Positions 6,772 through 15,442 of a DNA stretch of 19,381 bases are shown here, one piece after another (the stretch's first letter is position 1; every line of letters starts with the position of its first letter). The stretch is taken from the IMG/VR virus record IMGVR_UViG_2861069343_000003, positions 1 through 19,381 of that record. One strand, written 5' to 3'. Below the pieces are notes generated by a model. That model did not search any database and had not been told where the DNA came from. It saw nothing but the letters and a program-made list of their open reading frames with translations. A program made the position numbers and the translations under genes. The DNA comes from a virus (Duplodnaviria > Heunggongvirae > Uroviricota > Caudoviricetes).

Positions 6772-9700
6772 TCAGCTAATCGTGATACCTGCTGTGGATT
6801 TCTTCATCACCACAACCAGCAAATCACTGATACTGGCTGTGGGATACCAGTCATTTACCAGCCACGCTGATACCGAAAACTCCAGCGTCATGTGACCGCG
6901 ACCAGCAGGCATATCAATAACACCTGTATAAACCAGCGTATTATCCAGCGCGGTACGGTTATAAATTTCAGCACCGTTTTTCTTCACTATCAGGCGGCAT
7001 GACGAATAAATATCGTTATTCTCCCGCTCATGTTTAGCGCCACGAAACGCCACCGCGGGAATAACAATCTGCCGGTCAAACGGCTGATCGTCATAAACCC
7101 TGACGGTAATGGTCCCTGATGGCCACCGCTCCGGTGCACGGGAGTCCCGGGGGAAAGCTTTGCCCACTGTTTTAACGAGATCGCCTTCAATCTGGTTCGC
7201 AGACAGTTTTCCCAGAACCCGACAGTTTTCATTTATCGTGACATTGTTGAGCGTCCCGGCGTTCGCATTCACACTGCCACTGATATCCGCATTTTTCGCC
7301 GTCAGTCGCCCGTCCGGTGTAAGGGAAAATACCGGAGGATTACCGCCGCTGGTAATGGTGGGAGCCGTCAGATATTTCAGGAACACTTCGTTCATGAATA
7401 TCTGATCGCCCTGACCAACAAACATCGGCTTTGTGTTGCCATTCGCAGGATTAATCATCGCAATCCTGTCTGCCGCCAGCAGCACCTGACTCTGCATGCC
7501 GTCAGGGGTGTTCTCAATACCGGCACCAATACCCGCGATATAAAGGCGTCCGTCCTGCATCTGCTGCAGCTTCACAGCCCACATGCTGTTCAGGTTATTA
7601 TTTGTATCAACCTGAACCTTCTGTATCTGCTGAATTGCCGCACTCTGGTCTTCCAGTTTCTTATTGACGGTCTGTGTGATTTCATTGCTGACATCCGTAA
7701 TGGATGTCCTGATTTCAGCCAGGTCAGGCGCAAGCTGACCGTTATCAATCTGCGTCCACAGCTCCTGAGCCAGATGGGTTTTCCCTATCTCGCCTTTGAA
7801 AAAATCCAGATAGCCGGATGCGTCATCACTCGGCTGACCAACAGCCTCCACGAATGCCGATTTGCCAACGGTGTTCACACTGCGAACGTAAAAATAATAA
7901 TTATGGCCCGGTTTGATATTGATACTGGCGGCTATCCAGTACAACGCCGTACCAAGATAGCGTGCTGTGGTTTCAACCTGCCTGATATCCGCAATCCGCT
8001 TTTCCGAGAACCAGAACTCAAACTGTACCGTCGGATCATAAACCGCAAGATGCGGCGTGGCGGTTATCTGAAAATAGCCCGGCGTCAGCTCAATCCGCGA
8101 CGGCGCTGCCGGTGCGGCAATCCGGAACGATACCGACGCCGGATCGCCCTGCTGCCCCCACGCATTTACTGCCCGGACTGTCAGCCTGTAGTTCCCCAGA
8201 GCCAGTTGTGTGAAGCGGTAAGTGGTTTCCGTCGTCCGGGCCGTGCTGACCAGCCGCTCACTGCCGTCATCCGCTGCCACGGTCAGGCGAAGCAGGAAGC
8301 TCACGCCCTTCACCACCTTCGGCGTGTCCCAGCGGGCCAGCACCTGGTATTCCCCGCTGTCTGCGGTGACTTCTGCGGTCAGATGCTGCACTGCTGGCGG
8401 CGTGACACCATTCACCGTGCCGCTCTGGTCGCCGTCAAAGTGCGCCCCGTTATCCACGATGGCCTCTTTTTCCGGTACATGCTGCACGGCAGTGATGGCA
8501 TACGTGCCGTCATCGTTCTCACGGATACTCACGCAGCGGAACAGGCGCTGGCGCAGCGTCGGCAGCTTCAGCCCCCACACGCTGTACTCGGCAACGCCGT
8601 CAGGAAGCCGGCTCACTTTCACCTTCACGCCGTCGGTGATGGACTGGACCTCCACGCTGACCGGATTGCCACTTCCGTCAACCAGGCTTATCAGCGTGGT
8701 ACCGGAGGATGGCAGCGTGATTTCACGGTCGAGCGTCAGCGTCCGGGTCTGGCTGTTCACCGCCAGCACGCGCCCGCCGGTGCTGATACCGGCATAGTCA
8801 TCATCGCAGATTTCAATGACATCGCCCGGTACATGGCGAAGCCCTTCAGCACCCACGCTGAAGTCCACGGTCTGCGTTTCCAGCAGCTCCGTTTTAATCA
8901 GCCACAGCCCGGCGCGGTGCGCCTGCCCCCGACTGGTACAGCCAAACGCATCCATCTTCGTGACGTTACGACCATAACGGGCAATGGCCTGCGAGTCCTC
9001 CACAAGCTCTGTTGCCGTCTCCCAGCCGTTATCCGGGTCAATCCAGTTCACTTCAACGGCATTATGGCGGTCTTTCAGGGCGCTGAAGCTGTAGCGGAAT
9101 GGTGCGCCATCATCCGGCATCACCACATTACTGCGGTTATAGGTCCACACCTTATCCGATGGTCGGTCCTGCACGAACGTCAGCGTCTGCCCGTTCCATA
9201 CCGGCATACAGCGCATCGCCGAGCAGAAATCACTGAGCACATCCCACGCCTTACGTTGTGTGGTCAGGTAAGCGTTACAGGTGATGCGCGGCTCCGTACC
9301 GCCAAAGCCGTCCGGCACCGACTGGTCGCAATTCTGGCCGATGACATACAGCGCCCATTTGTCCACATCCGCCGCACCGAGACGTTTCCCCATGCCGTAG
9401 CGCGGGTGGGTCAGCATATCCCACAGACACCAGGCCATGTTGTTGCTGTATGACGGTTTAAACGTCCCGTCCCAGATACCGCTGTATTGCCGCGTCTGCG
9501 GGTTATAATTCGACGGCACCTGCAGAATACGCCCGCGAAGATGATAATTACGGCTCACCTGCTGGCTGCCGAACTGCTCCGAATCCACCTGTACGCCGAC
9601 CAGTGCCGTGTTCGGGTAGCACTGTTTCACATCGATGATTTCGGTGTATGACGACCAGAGCGTTTTGTTCTGCAGCTGGTCTGTGGTGCTGTCCGGCGTC

Positions 9701-10251
9701 ATCCTGCGCATCCGGATGTTGAACGGGCGCGGCGGCAGATTATCCACCACTACCGAGGCCAGATACTGCGAGGTGGTTTTGCCCTTAATGGTGATGTCTT
9801 TTTCCGTCACCCAGCCACCGTTACGCTGTATCTGAACCAGCAGGCGGACTTCCGACGGATTCCGGTCCCCCTTTGAAGTGGTTTCCACCAGTGCCTGCAC
9901 ACCGAAGGTAAAGCGCAGACGGTCAATGTTTGCCGACGTGATGGTCCGGGTGATCGGCGTGTCGTATTTCACTTCCGTGCCCAGTACCGTCTCGGAACCT
10001 GATGATTCAAATCCCTCCGGCGGTGTCTGTTCCTGCTCACCTGCCCGGAACACCACCGTGACACCGGAGATGTTAGTATTCCCCTCACTGTCCAGCACCG
10101 GTGTACTGTTCAGCAGCACGCTTTTTAATCCATCCACCGGACCTTCAACCGGCCCTTCGCTGATGGCATCGATCACACTCAGCAACTGCGTGGACTTCAG
10201 GTTGTCCTTTGCTTCGCGCGGGGTATGCCCCTTACTGCTGCCTTTACCCAT
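6772..10251 (-). CDS. J: tail tip / host specificity protein J
   Basis: 1159 aa. The N-terminus [34 protein letters not shown] and the overall length match lambda J (1132 aa). SD GAGGA precedes the ATG at 10249-10251. Confidence 0.96.
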   Translation of the reverse strand: MGKGSSKGHTPREAKDNLKSTQLLSVIDAISEGPVEGPVDGLKSVLLNSTPVLDSEGNTNISGVTVVFRAGEQEQTPPEGFESSGSETVLGTEVKYDTPITRTITSANIDRLRFTFGVQALVETTSKGDRNPSEVRLLVQIQRNGGWVTEKDITIKGKTTSQYLASVVVDNLPPRPFNIRMRRMTPDSTTDQLQNKTLWSSYTEIIDVKQCYPNTALVGVQVDSEQFGSQQVSRNYHLRGRILQVPSNYNPQTRQYSGIWDGTFKPSYSNNMAWCLWDMLTHPRYGMGKRLGAADVDKWALYVIGQNCDQSVPDGFGGTEPRITCNAYLTTQRKAWDVLSDFCSAMRCMPVWNGQTLTFVQDRPSDKVWTYNRSNVVMPDDGAPFRYSFSALKDRHNAVEVNWIDPDNGWETATELVEDSQAIARYGRNVTKMDAFGCTSRGQAHRAGLWLIKTELLETQTVDFSVGAEGLRHVPGDVIEICDDDYAGISTGGRVLAVNSQTRTLTLDREITLPSSGTTLISLVDGSGNPVSVEVQSITDGVKVKVSRLPDGVAEYSVWGLKLPTLRQRLFRCVSIRENDDGTYAITAVQHVPEKEAIVDNGAHFDGDQSGTVNGVTPPAVQHLTAEVTADSGEYQVLARWDTPKVVKGVSFLLRLTVAADDGSERLVSTARTTETTYRFTQLALGNYRLTVRAVNAWGQQGDPASVSFRIAAPAAPSRIELTPGYFQITATPHLAVYDPTVQFEFWFSEKRIADIRQVETTARYLGTALYWIAASINIKPGHNYYFYVRSVNTVGKSAFVEAVGQPSDDASGYLDFFKGEIGKTHLAQELWTQIDNGQLAPDLAEIRTSITDVSNEITQTVNKKLEDQSAAIQQIQKVQVDTNNNLNSMWAVKLQQMQDGRLYIAGIGAGIENTPDGMQSQVLLAADRIAMINPANGNTKPMFVGQGDQIFMNEVFLKYLTAPTITSGGNPPVFSLTPDGRLTAKNADISGSVNANAGTLNNVTINENCRVLGKLSANQIEGDLVKTVGKAFPRDSRAPERWPSGTITVRVYDDQPFDRQIVIPAVAFRGAKHERENNDIYSSCRLIVKKNGAEIYNRTALDNTLVYTGVIDMPAGRGHMTLEFSVSAWLVNDWYPTASISDLLVVVMKKSTAGITIS

Positions 10252-10270
10252 TCCTCACGCCCCATAAACG

Positions 10271-10293
10271 ATAAAACCGCCCGGAGGCGGTTT
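10271..10293 (-). terminator. terminator-like hairpin in the I-J intergenic region
   Basis: The - strand reads AAACCGCC-TCCG-GGCGGTTTTAT (stem 10276-10281 / 10286-10291). It sits inside the late operon, so Q-type antitermination probably reads through it. Confidence 0.4.
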
Positions 10294-10311
10294 CACATAA
10301 AACGTTTTTCA

Positions 10312-10953
10312 TCAGCGACCAATCACCACAACCTGACCACCGTCCCCTTCGTCTGCCGTGCTGATCTCCTGAGAAACCACGCGTGATCCCACGCGCATTT
10401 CACCGTACAGAACGGGCAGAACATTGCCCTGGGCAACCATATTATCCAGTGAAGAAAAATAGGTGTTCTGTTTGCCGTTATCCGTTGTCTGTGTGCGGGG
10501 GGTTTTGGGTTTAGGGGCCAGCATCTGTGCAACACCGCCAAGCGTCATACTGGCACCGAGAGAAAACAGCAGATTACTCGCCATAATTCCTACCCCCGGC
10601 ATCCATATAGCAACCGCCATAACAGCCGCCCCCAGCACAGCCTGAAACACACCGCCACTTTTGGCTCCTGCCAGACGCGGCACGATATGGATCACAGCAC
10701 CATTTGCCAGCGGTTCATTAAGACGGGCTGATAATTCCGTTTCACCTGTATCACGCCCGGCAATGCGTACCTGATACCAGCCGTCGCTCAGCTTCTGACG
10801 AAACGCCGGGAGCTGTGTGGCCAGTGCCCGGATGGCTTCAGCCCCCGTTTTCACACGCAGATCGATGCGGCGGCCAAATCGTTGTAAATCCCCGTAAAGG
10901 CAGATGCGCGCCATGCCCGGTGACGCCAGAGGGAGTGTGTGCGTCGCTGCCAT
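10312..10953 (-). CDS. I: tail tip assembly protein I
   Basis: The 213-aa product MAATHTLPLASPGMARICLYGDLQRFGRRIDLRVKTGAEAIRALATQLPAFRQKLSDGWYQVRIAGRD...QEISTADEGDGGQVVVIGR matches lambda I. It overlaps the end of K by 103 nt, as in lambda. Confidence 0.94.
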   Translation of the reverse strand: MAATHTLPLASPGMARICLYGDLQRFGRRIDLRVKTGAEAIRALATQLPAFRQKLSDGWYQVRIAGRDTGETELSARLNEPLANGAVIHIVPRLAGAKSGGVFQAVLGAAVMAVAIWMPGVGIMASNLLFSLGASMTLGGVAQMLAPKPKTPRTQTTDNGKQNTYFSSLDNMVAQGNVLPVLYGEMRVGSRVVSQEISTADEGDGGQVVVIGR

Positions 10954-11594
10954 TTGTCGGTATACCTCTCTCGTTTGCTCAGTTGTTCAGGAATATGGTG
11001 CAGCAGCTCGCCGTCGCCGCAGTAAATTGCGGCGTGATTCGGCACCGATGAACCAAAACAGCACAGCAGCACATCGCCCGGCTGTGCCGCTGACAACGGC
11101 ACCTGATACAGCCCCGTCGCCTCCAGATTATCCAGATAGAGATTCTGGCCGTTACGCCACCAGTCATCCTCACGATGAAAGTCCGGCATCTCAATCCCCG
11201 CCAGATGATAAGCATCCCGGAACAGTGTGTAACAGTCCGTCACACCGTGCTCAAAGCGCCGCCCGGTGAGATGCGGCACACAGCGGAACTTATGAATCGT
11301 CCCCCGGCAGACCAGCCACCACGGCAAATCACTCTGCACCTGCAGCCGCCGGTCGGCCTCACTCAGCCAGGGCAGACCACCGGGGTGGCTGTGGACCAGC
11401 GCCACAATCTCACCCTGCATTTCTGCCTGCAGCCAGTCTTCCGGCGACATACGGAAATACGCCTCCGGCTCACCGGAGATATTCACGCAGGGGAAATATC
11501 TTTCCCCCTCCGGCGTGCTTACCACGAAGCCGCACGACTCCGCTGGCGCACATCGCCGGGCGTGCGCCAGAATCGCTGATTCTGTCTGTGTCAT
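10851..11594 (-). CDS. K: tail tip assembly protein K (MPN/JAB plus NlpC/P60-like domains)
   Basis: The 247-aa ORF begins MTQTESAILAHARRCAPAESCGFVV and contains HSHPGG (JAB motif) and GVTDCYTLFRDAY (NlpC/P60 Cys), matching lambda K. The classical 199-aa lambda annotation would start at the internal MSPEDW. Confidence 0.94.
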   Translation of the reverse strand: MTQTESAILAHARRCAPAESCGFVVSTPEGERYFPCVNISGEPEAYFRMSPEDWLQAEMQGEIVALVHSHPGGLPWLSEADRRLQVQSDLPWWLVCRGTIHKFRCVPHLTGRRFEHGVTDCYTLFRDAYHLAGIEMPDFHREDDWWRNGQNLYLDNLEATGLYQVPLSAAQPGDVLLCCFGSSVPNHAAIYCGDGELLHHIPEQLSKRERYTDKWQRRTHSLWRHRAWRASAFTGIYNDLAAASICV

Positions 11595-11599
11595 GGGAT

Positions 11600-12082
11600 T
11601 TACTGCGAAAGTTTGTTAATGGAAAGGAAGCCGCCAAAGTTGCCGACGTTATTGCGGAACTTACAACCGCTCAGGCATTTGCTGCATTTATCCTTCGTGA
11701 TATCGGACGTTGGCTGGTCATATTCATCCGCGACAGCCGGACCGCTATAACCGCACTCGTCACCGCGATAGGTCCAGGTGCAGGTGTTGGCCAGCATGAT
11801 ACGTCCCGGAAAAACAGCGCCATCCGTTTCCGTCGGCGTGGACAGTACAAAGGAGGCACTCACCGCGCTCAGTTCGCTGCACTGCTCAATGCGCCAGCGG
11901 CTGATCACCTCCTGCTCCGGATCGGCATAACTGTTTCCGTTGACGAAGTTCACCGCATCCAGAAAACGGGCGTAAACATTACGCCGGACCACCGTTCCGC
12001 CGACCAGACTCTGCATATCTTCCGCCATCCCGGTGACCATACCGTACAGGTTAGAAACCGTCAGCGTGGGGCGCGTACCGCT
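11600..12082 (-). pseudogene. L: 5'-truncated minor tail protein L (about the last 160 of about 232 codons retained)
   Basis: ORF 11600-12040 (MVTGMAEDMQSLVGGTVVRR...FGGFLSINKLSQ) matches the C-terminal part of lambda L. The in-frame match continues upstream through TRPTLTVSNLYG to about 12079-12085. The frame then hits TGA at 12107-12109 and similarity is lost. No M, H, T, G, V, U or Z genes, and no head genes, follow. Confidence 0.85.
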
Positions 12083-12088
12083 CTTTTT

Positions 12089-12177
12089 ACAAAACAGAGA
12101 AGAGCATCACCGGACGACGGGCTCATAACCCAATCCATCCGGGCGGCAGTCACCGCAGGTGTTCTTCTCTGTTTTGT
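12089..12177. repeat. 89-bp unit bounded by perfect 15-bp inverted repeats, at the L truncation junction
   Basis: ACAAAACAGAGAAGA (12089-12103) is the exact reverse complement of TCTTCTCTGTTTTGT (12163-12177). The spacer is 59 bp and contains the direct repeat TCACCG twice (12107-12112 and 12150-12155). Confidence 0.8.
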
Positions 12178-12225
12178 GGAGAAACCAACCGACCTTGCAG
12201 GGTCGATATGATGGGGAGCAGCAAA

Positions 12226-12588
12226 ATGGCTAGCGAACGCAGTACTGATGTGCAGGCATTTATCGGGGAGCTGGACGGCGGCGTATTTGAAACCAAAATC
12301 GGCGCAGTTCTCAGTGAAGTCGCTTCCGGTGTGATGAACACGAAAACCAAAGGTAAGGTCTCGCTCAACCTGGAAATCGAACCGTTTGATGAGAACCGTG
12401 TGAAAATCAAACACAAACTCTCATATGTTCGCCCGACTAACCGCGGGAAAATTTCCGAAGAAGACACCACCGAAACGCCGATGTATGTCAATCGCGGTGG
12501 TCGCCTGACTATTCTGCAGGAAGACCAGGGACAATTACTGACTCTTGCCGGTGAACCTGACGGAAAACTCCGCGCAGCAGGTCATTAA
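12226..12588 (+). CDS. yfdP: YfdP-like prophage protein of unknown function
   Basis: The ORF track starts at 12208. ATG 12226 is preceded by GGGGAG (12213-12218) and gives 120 aa (MASERSTDVQAFIGELDGG...), the length I recall for K-12 YfdP. It sits immediately upstream of yfdQ, as in CPS-53. Confidence 0.6.
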   Translation: MASERSTDVQAFIGELDGGVFETKIGAVLSEVASGVMNTKTKGKVSLNLEIEPFDENRVKIKHKLSYVRPTNRGKISEEDTTETPMYVNRGGRLTILQEDQGQLLTLAGEPDGKLRAAGH

Positions 12589-12653
12589 TATCGTTCTTAA
12601 TTAACTGATTATTTATCTCATCACTGAATATCTTTATATAGTGAGGACTTATT

Positions 12654-13478
12654 ATGTCTCAGAACTTAGACGCAACCGCAATTAATCAAATCCATGCCCT
12701 TATTTCTGCTCAGGGTGTTAATGAAATTATCAGTAAAATTGGTGCCGATGCTGTGGCATTGCCTGAGAATTTCCGCATTCATGATCTGGAAAAATTTAAT
12801 TTAAATCGCTTCCGTTTCCGTGGTGCGCTTTCCACTGCCAGCATCGATGACTTTACCCGTTATTCTAAAGATCTTGCAGATGAAGGCACCCGCTGCTTTA
12901 TCGATGCTGATAATATGCGAGCCGTCAGTGTGCTTAACCTGGGTACTATTGATGAACCAGGTCACGCAGATAACACCGCCACTCTCAAACTGAAAAAGAC
13001 AGCACCGTTCTCTGCCCTGTTGTCTGTTAACGGCGAGCGTAACTCCCAGAAGTCACTGGCAGAATGGATTGAAGACTGGGCCGACTACCTTGTGGGCTTT
13101 GATGCTAATGGTGACGCCATTCAGGCAACAAAAGCGGCTGCGGCGGTCCGTAAAATCACGATTGAAGCAAACCAGACCGCTGATTTTGAAGACAATGACT
13201 TCAGCGGCAAACGCTCTCTGATGGAGTCTGTCGAAGCGAAAACCAAAGACATTATGCCAGTAGCATTTGAGTTTAAATGCGTTCCATTTGAAGGCCTGAA
13301 AGAACGTCCGTTTAAATTACGCCTCAGCATTATCACTGGTGATCGCCCTGTACTGGTTCTGCGCATTATTCAGCTGGAAGCAGTACAGGAAGAAATGGCT
13401 AACGAATTTCGTGATCTGCTTGTTGAAAAATTCAAAGACAGCAAAGTAGAAACCTTTATTGGTACTTTCACCGCCTGA
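12654..13478 (+). CDS. yfdQ: YfdQ-like prophage protein (DUF2303 family)
   Basis: 274 aa, the same length as K-12 YfdQ. SD GAGGA lies 7 nt upstream. Its position between the yfdP-like and yfdR-like genes supports the call. Confidence 0.75.
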   Translation: MSQNLDATAINQIHALISAQGVNEIISKIGADAVALPENFRIHDLEKFNLNRFRFRGALSTASIDDFTRYSKDLADEGTRCFIDADNMRAVSVLNLGTIDEPGHADNTATLKLKKTAPFSALLSVNGERNSQKSLAEWIEDWADYLVGFDANGDAIQATKAAAAVRKITIEANQTADFEDNDFSGKRSLMESVEAKTKDIMPVAFEFKCVPFEGLKERPFKLRLSIITGDRPVLVLRIIQLEAVQEEMANEFRDLLVEKFKDSKVETFIGTFTA

Positions 13479-13491
13479 TTTCATTACTGCA

Positions 13492-13514
13492 AATGCCCCT
13501 GCGGGGGCATTTAT
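13492..13514 (+). terminator. terminator-like hairpin after yfdQ (a weaker second hairpin lies at 13537-13560)
   Basis: AATGCCCC-TGC-GGGGGCATTTAT. The second hairpin is TCGCC-TGAT-GGCGA followed by GGGTTTTCTTT. Confidence 0.5.
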
Positions 13515-13605
13515 GGAAACGTAATTAACTCAATAATCGCCTGATGGCGAGGGTTTTCTTTAACCAAAATTCAGCGCGGTGCAGCGCATATACGTGGAGA
13601 ACAAA

Positions 13606-14142
13606 ATGTCATTTATTAAAACTTTTTCCGGGAAGCATTTTTATTATGACAGGATAAATAAAGACGACATCGATATTAACGATATCGCGGTTTCCCTTTC
13701 AAATATCTGTCGCTTTGCCGGTCATCTTTCGCACTTCTACAGCGTCGCCCAACATGCGGTTCTTTGCAGCCAGCTGGTGCCGCAGGAATTTGCTTTTGAA
13801 GCGTTAATGCATGATGCAACAGAAGCGTATTGCCAGGACATTCCCGCACCACTGAAACGCCTTCTTCCTGACTATAAACGGATGGAAGAAAAAATAGACG
13901 CCGTAATCCGTGAGAAATACGGGTTACCCCCGGTTATGAGCACGCCAGTGAAATATGCCGATCTCATCATGCTGGCAACCGAACGCCGCGATCTCGGACT
14001 TGATGATGGCTCTTTCTGGCCTGTACTGGAAGGTATCCCGGCAACAGAGATGTTCAAAGTGATTCCACTGGCTCCAGGCCATGCCTACGGGATGTTTATG
14101 GAACGTTTTAACGAGTTATCGGAGTTACGCAAATGCGCATGA
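13606..14142 (+). CDS. yfdR: HD-domain phosphohydrolase YfdR (5'-nucleotidase family; reported DnaA-binding prophage protein)
   Basis: The ORF track starts at GTG 13579. ATG 13606 follows GGAGA and gives 178 aa starting MSFIKTFSGKHFYYD, the length and N-terminus I recall for K-12 YfdR. HD signature residues are visible in AQHAVL and in ALMHDATEAY. Confidence 0.85.
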   Translation: MSFIKTFSGKHFYYDRINKDDIDINDIAVSLSNICRFAGHLSHFYSVAQHAVLCSQLVPQEFAFEALMHDATEAYCQDIPAPLKRLLPDYKRMEEKIDAVIREKYGLPPVMSTPVKYADLIMLATERRDLGLDDGSFWPVLEGIPATEMFKVIPLAPGHAYGMFMERFNELSELRKCA

Positions 14143-14495
14143 ATGTTTTCGAAATGGAAGGGTTTCTTCGCGGGAAATGTGTACCGCGAGATCTGAAAGT
14201 GAACGAAACAAATGCTGAGTACCTGGTACGTAAATTCGATGCGCTTGAAGCTAAATGTGCGGCACTGGAAAACAAAATAATACCAGTGTCAGCTGAACTA
14301 CCACCAGCAAATGAAAGTGTTCTGTTATTTGATGCTAACGGAGAAGGCTGGCTGATTGGCTGGCGTTCTCTCTGGTACACCTGGGGACAAAAAGAAACCG
14401 GAGAATGGCAGTGGACATTTCAGGTCGGGGACATTGAAAGCGTCAATATCACTCACTGGGCAGTAATGCCAAAAGCACCGGAGGCTGGAGCATAA
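14133..14495 (+). CDS. yfdS: YfdS-like prophage protein
   Basis: 120 aa, the same length as K-12 YfdS. The start overlaps the yfdR stop by 10 nt, with GGAG 8 nt upstream. The stop overlaps the next start (TAATG). Confidence 0.65.
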   Translation: MRMNVFEMEGFLRGKCVPRDLKVNETNAEYLVRKFDALEAKCAALENKIIPVSAELPPANESVLLFDANGEGWLIGWRSLWYTWGQKETGEWQWTFQVGDIESVNITHWAVMPKAPEAGA

Positions 14496-15115
14496 TGACC
14501 ACATTTACCGATAAAGAACTGATTAAAGAAATCAAAGAGCGTATCAGCAGCCTGGAGGTTCGAGACGATATTGAGCGCCGTGCTTATGAAATTGCTCTGG
14601 CATCGCTGGAAGAGGAGCCGGTGGCATGGCTACATTCAGACAATGGCTTAGGTATTCCAGCAATAACCAGGAGTAAAAACATTGCTGACAGTTGGTTATC
14701 AAAGGGCTGGTATGTTCAGCCGCTATATATAGCCAAGCCAGTGCCGGTGGTGCCAGATGCTCGTCCGACTTTAAATAATGGCATAGTCGGTTTTGATGAA
14801 GGCTGGAACGCCTGCCGCACCACCATGCTTCACGGTGTCAAACCTGTAAGCCAGACTTACAAGTTGAACAAGCTGTCTGACAACTCTCCGGTAACTCCGG
14901 ATGGTTGGATAAGCTGTAGTGAGCGAATGCCGAACGATAAACAATATGTTTGGTGTTGGGGTAAGTCTTACGGCTGGACTGAGTGCGATACCTTCGAAGG
15001 GTATTACGATTGTTCGAGAAACAAATGGTGGGCAGTTACTGACGATGGGGAAGAACCGGCATTGAAAGTAACCCACTGGATGCCGCTACCGGAGCCACCG
15101 CAGGAGGTGAAGTAA
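14495..15115 (+). CDS. DUF551-type prophage protein (YfdT-like, full length)
   Basis: 206 aa. The C-terminal Trp/Cys-rich part (GWISCSERMPNDKQYVWCWG...WWAVTDDGEE...VTHWMPLPEPP) resembles DUF551 as I remember it. It is coupled on both sides by TAATG overlaps. Confidence 0.6.
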   Translation: MTTFTDKELIKEIKERISSLEVRDDIERRAYEIALASLEEEPVAWLHSDNGLGIPAITRSKNIADSWLSKGWYVQPLYIAKPVPVVPDARPTLNNGIVGFDEGWNACRTTMLHGVKPVSQTYKLNKLSDNSPVTPDGWISCSERMPNDKQYVWCWGKSYGWTECDTFEGYYDCSRNKWWAVTDDGEEPALKVTHWMPLPEPPQEVK

Positions 15116-15309
15116 TGAACAACTTAATGACAACTAAACAAGTCGCCGACTTCTGTGGCGTTTCAGTATCGACAGTTCTTCGCTGGAACAGCGTAAACAG
15201 GAGAACTGGCCAGAAATATAGGCCTGACTTTCCAGATCCTGATATTAAATCCTGCCCCAATAAATGGGCATCACACAAGATATACAGGTTTGCGGGAGTT
15301 ATTGAGTAA
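15115..15309 (+). CDS. small HTH DNA-binding protein, AlpA/excisionase-like
   Basis: 64 aa. LMTTKQVADFCGVSVSTVLRWN is a typical AlpA/Xis helix-turn-helix. A strong SD AGGAGGTGA precedes it. It is the last gene of the early operon and faces the integrase end. Confidence 0.6.
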   Translation: MNNLMTTKQVADFCGVSVSTVLRWNSVNRRTGQKYRPDFPDPDIKSCPNKWASHKIYRFAGVIE

Positions 15310-15322
15310 TACGTATTAGTTC

Positions 15323-15387
15323 AGATGTGAGCTAACACATCTATGGCACAGAGCTAAACCTAATCTGACTGTCTACTCTGTGCCATA
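15323..15387. repeat. two adjacent hairpins between the convergent excisionase and 870-aa genes
   Basis: Hairpin 1: AGATGTG (15323-15329) / CACATCT (15336-15342). Hairpin 2: a perfect 12-bp stem TATGGCACAGAG (15342-15353) / CTCTGTGCCATA (15376-15387) with a 22-nt loop. Neither is followed by a U-tract in either direction. Confidence 0.7.
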
Positions 15388-15442
15388 AGTGGATGTTAAT
15401 TACTTCTTGGTATTTTAATGGTTGGATAGCTTATCAAGATTA

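Noticed and set aside
7774-9453. 559-aa + strand ORF (and 8222-8797, 191 aa) opposite gene J
   Set aside because: It is antisense to a gene with near-lambda identity. The translation is Arg/His/Pro-rich and low-complexity, with no recognisable motif and no SD. This is typical of spurious open frames opposite GC-rich third-position-biased genes.
10851-10953. 103-nt overlap between K and I
   Set aside because: The same overlap exists in lambda. It is a conserved feature of the tail-tip operon, not an annotation error or a novelty.
11588-12211. 207-aa + strand ORF, plus the - strand ORFs 12061-12414 and 12150-12491
   Set aside because: The first is antisense to the lambda-identical L remnant. 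The other two are antisense to the yfdP-like gene and run across the junction. None has a start context or motif.
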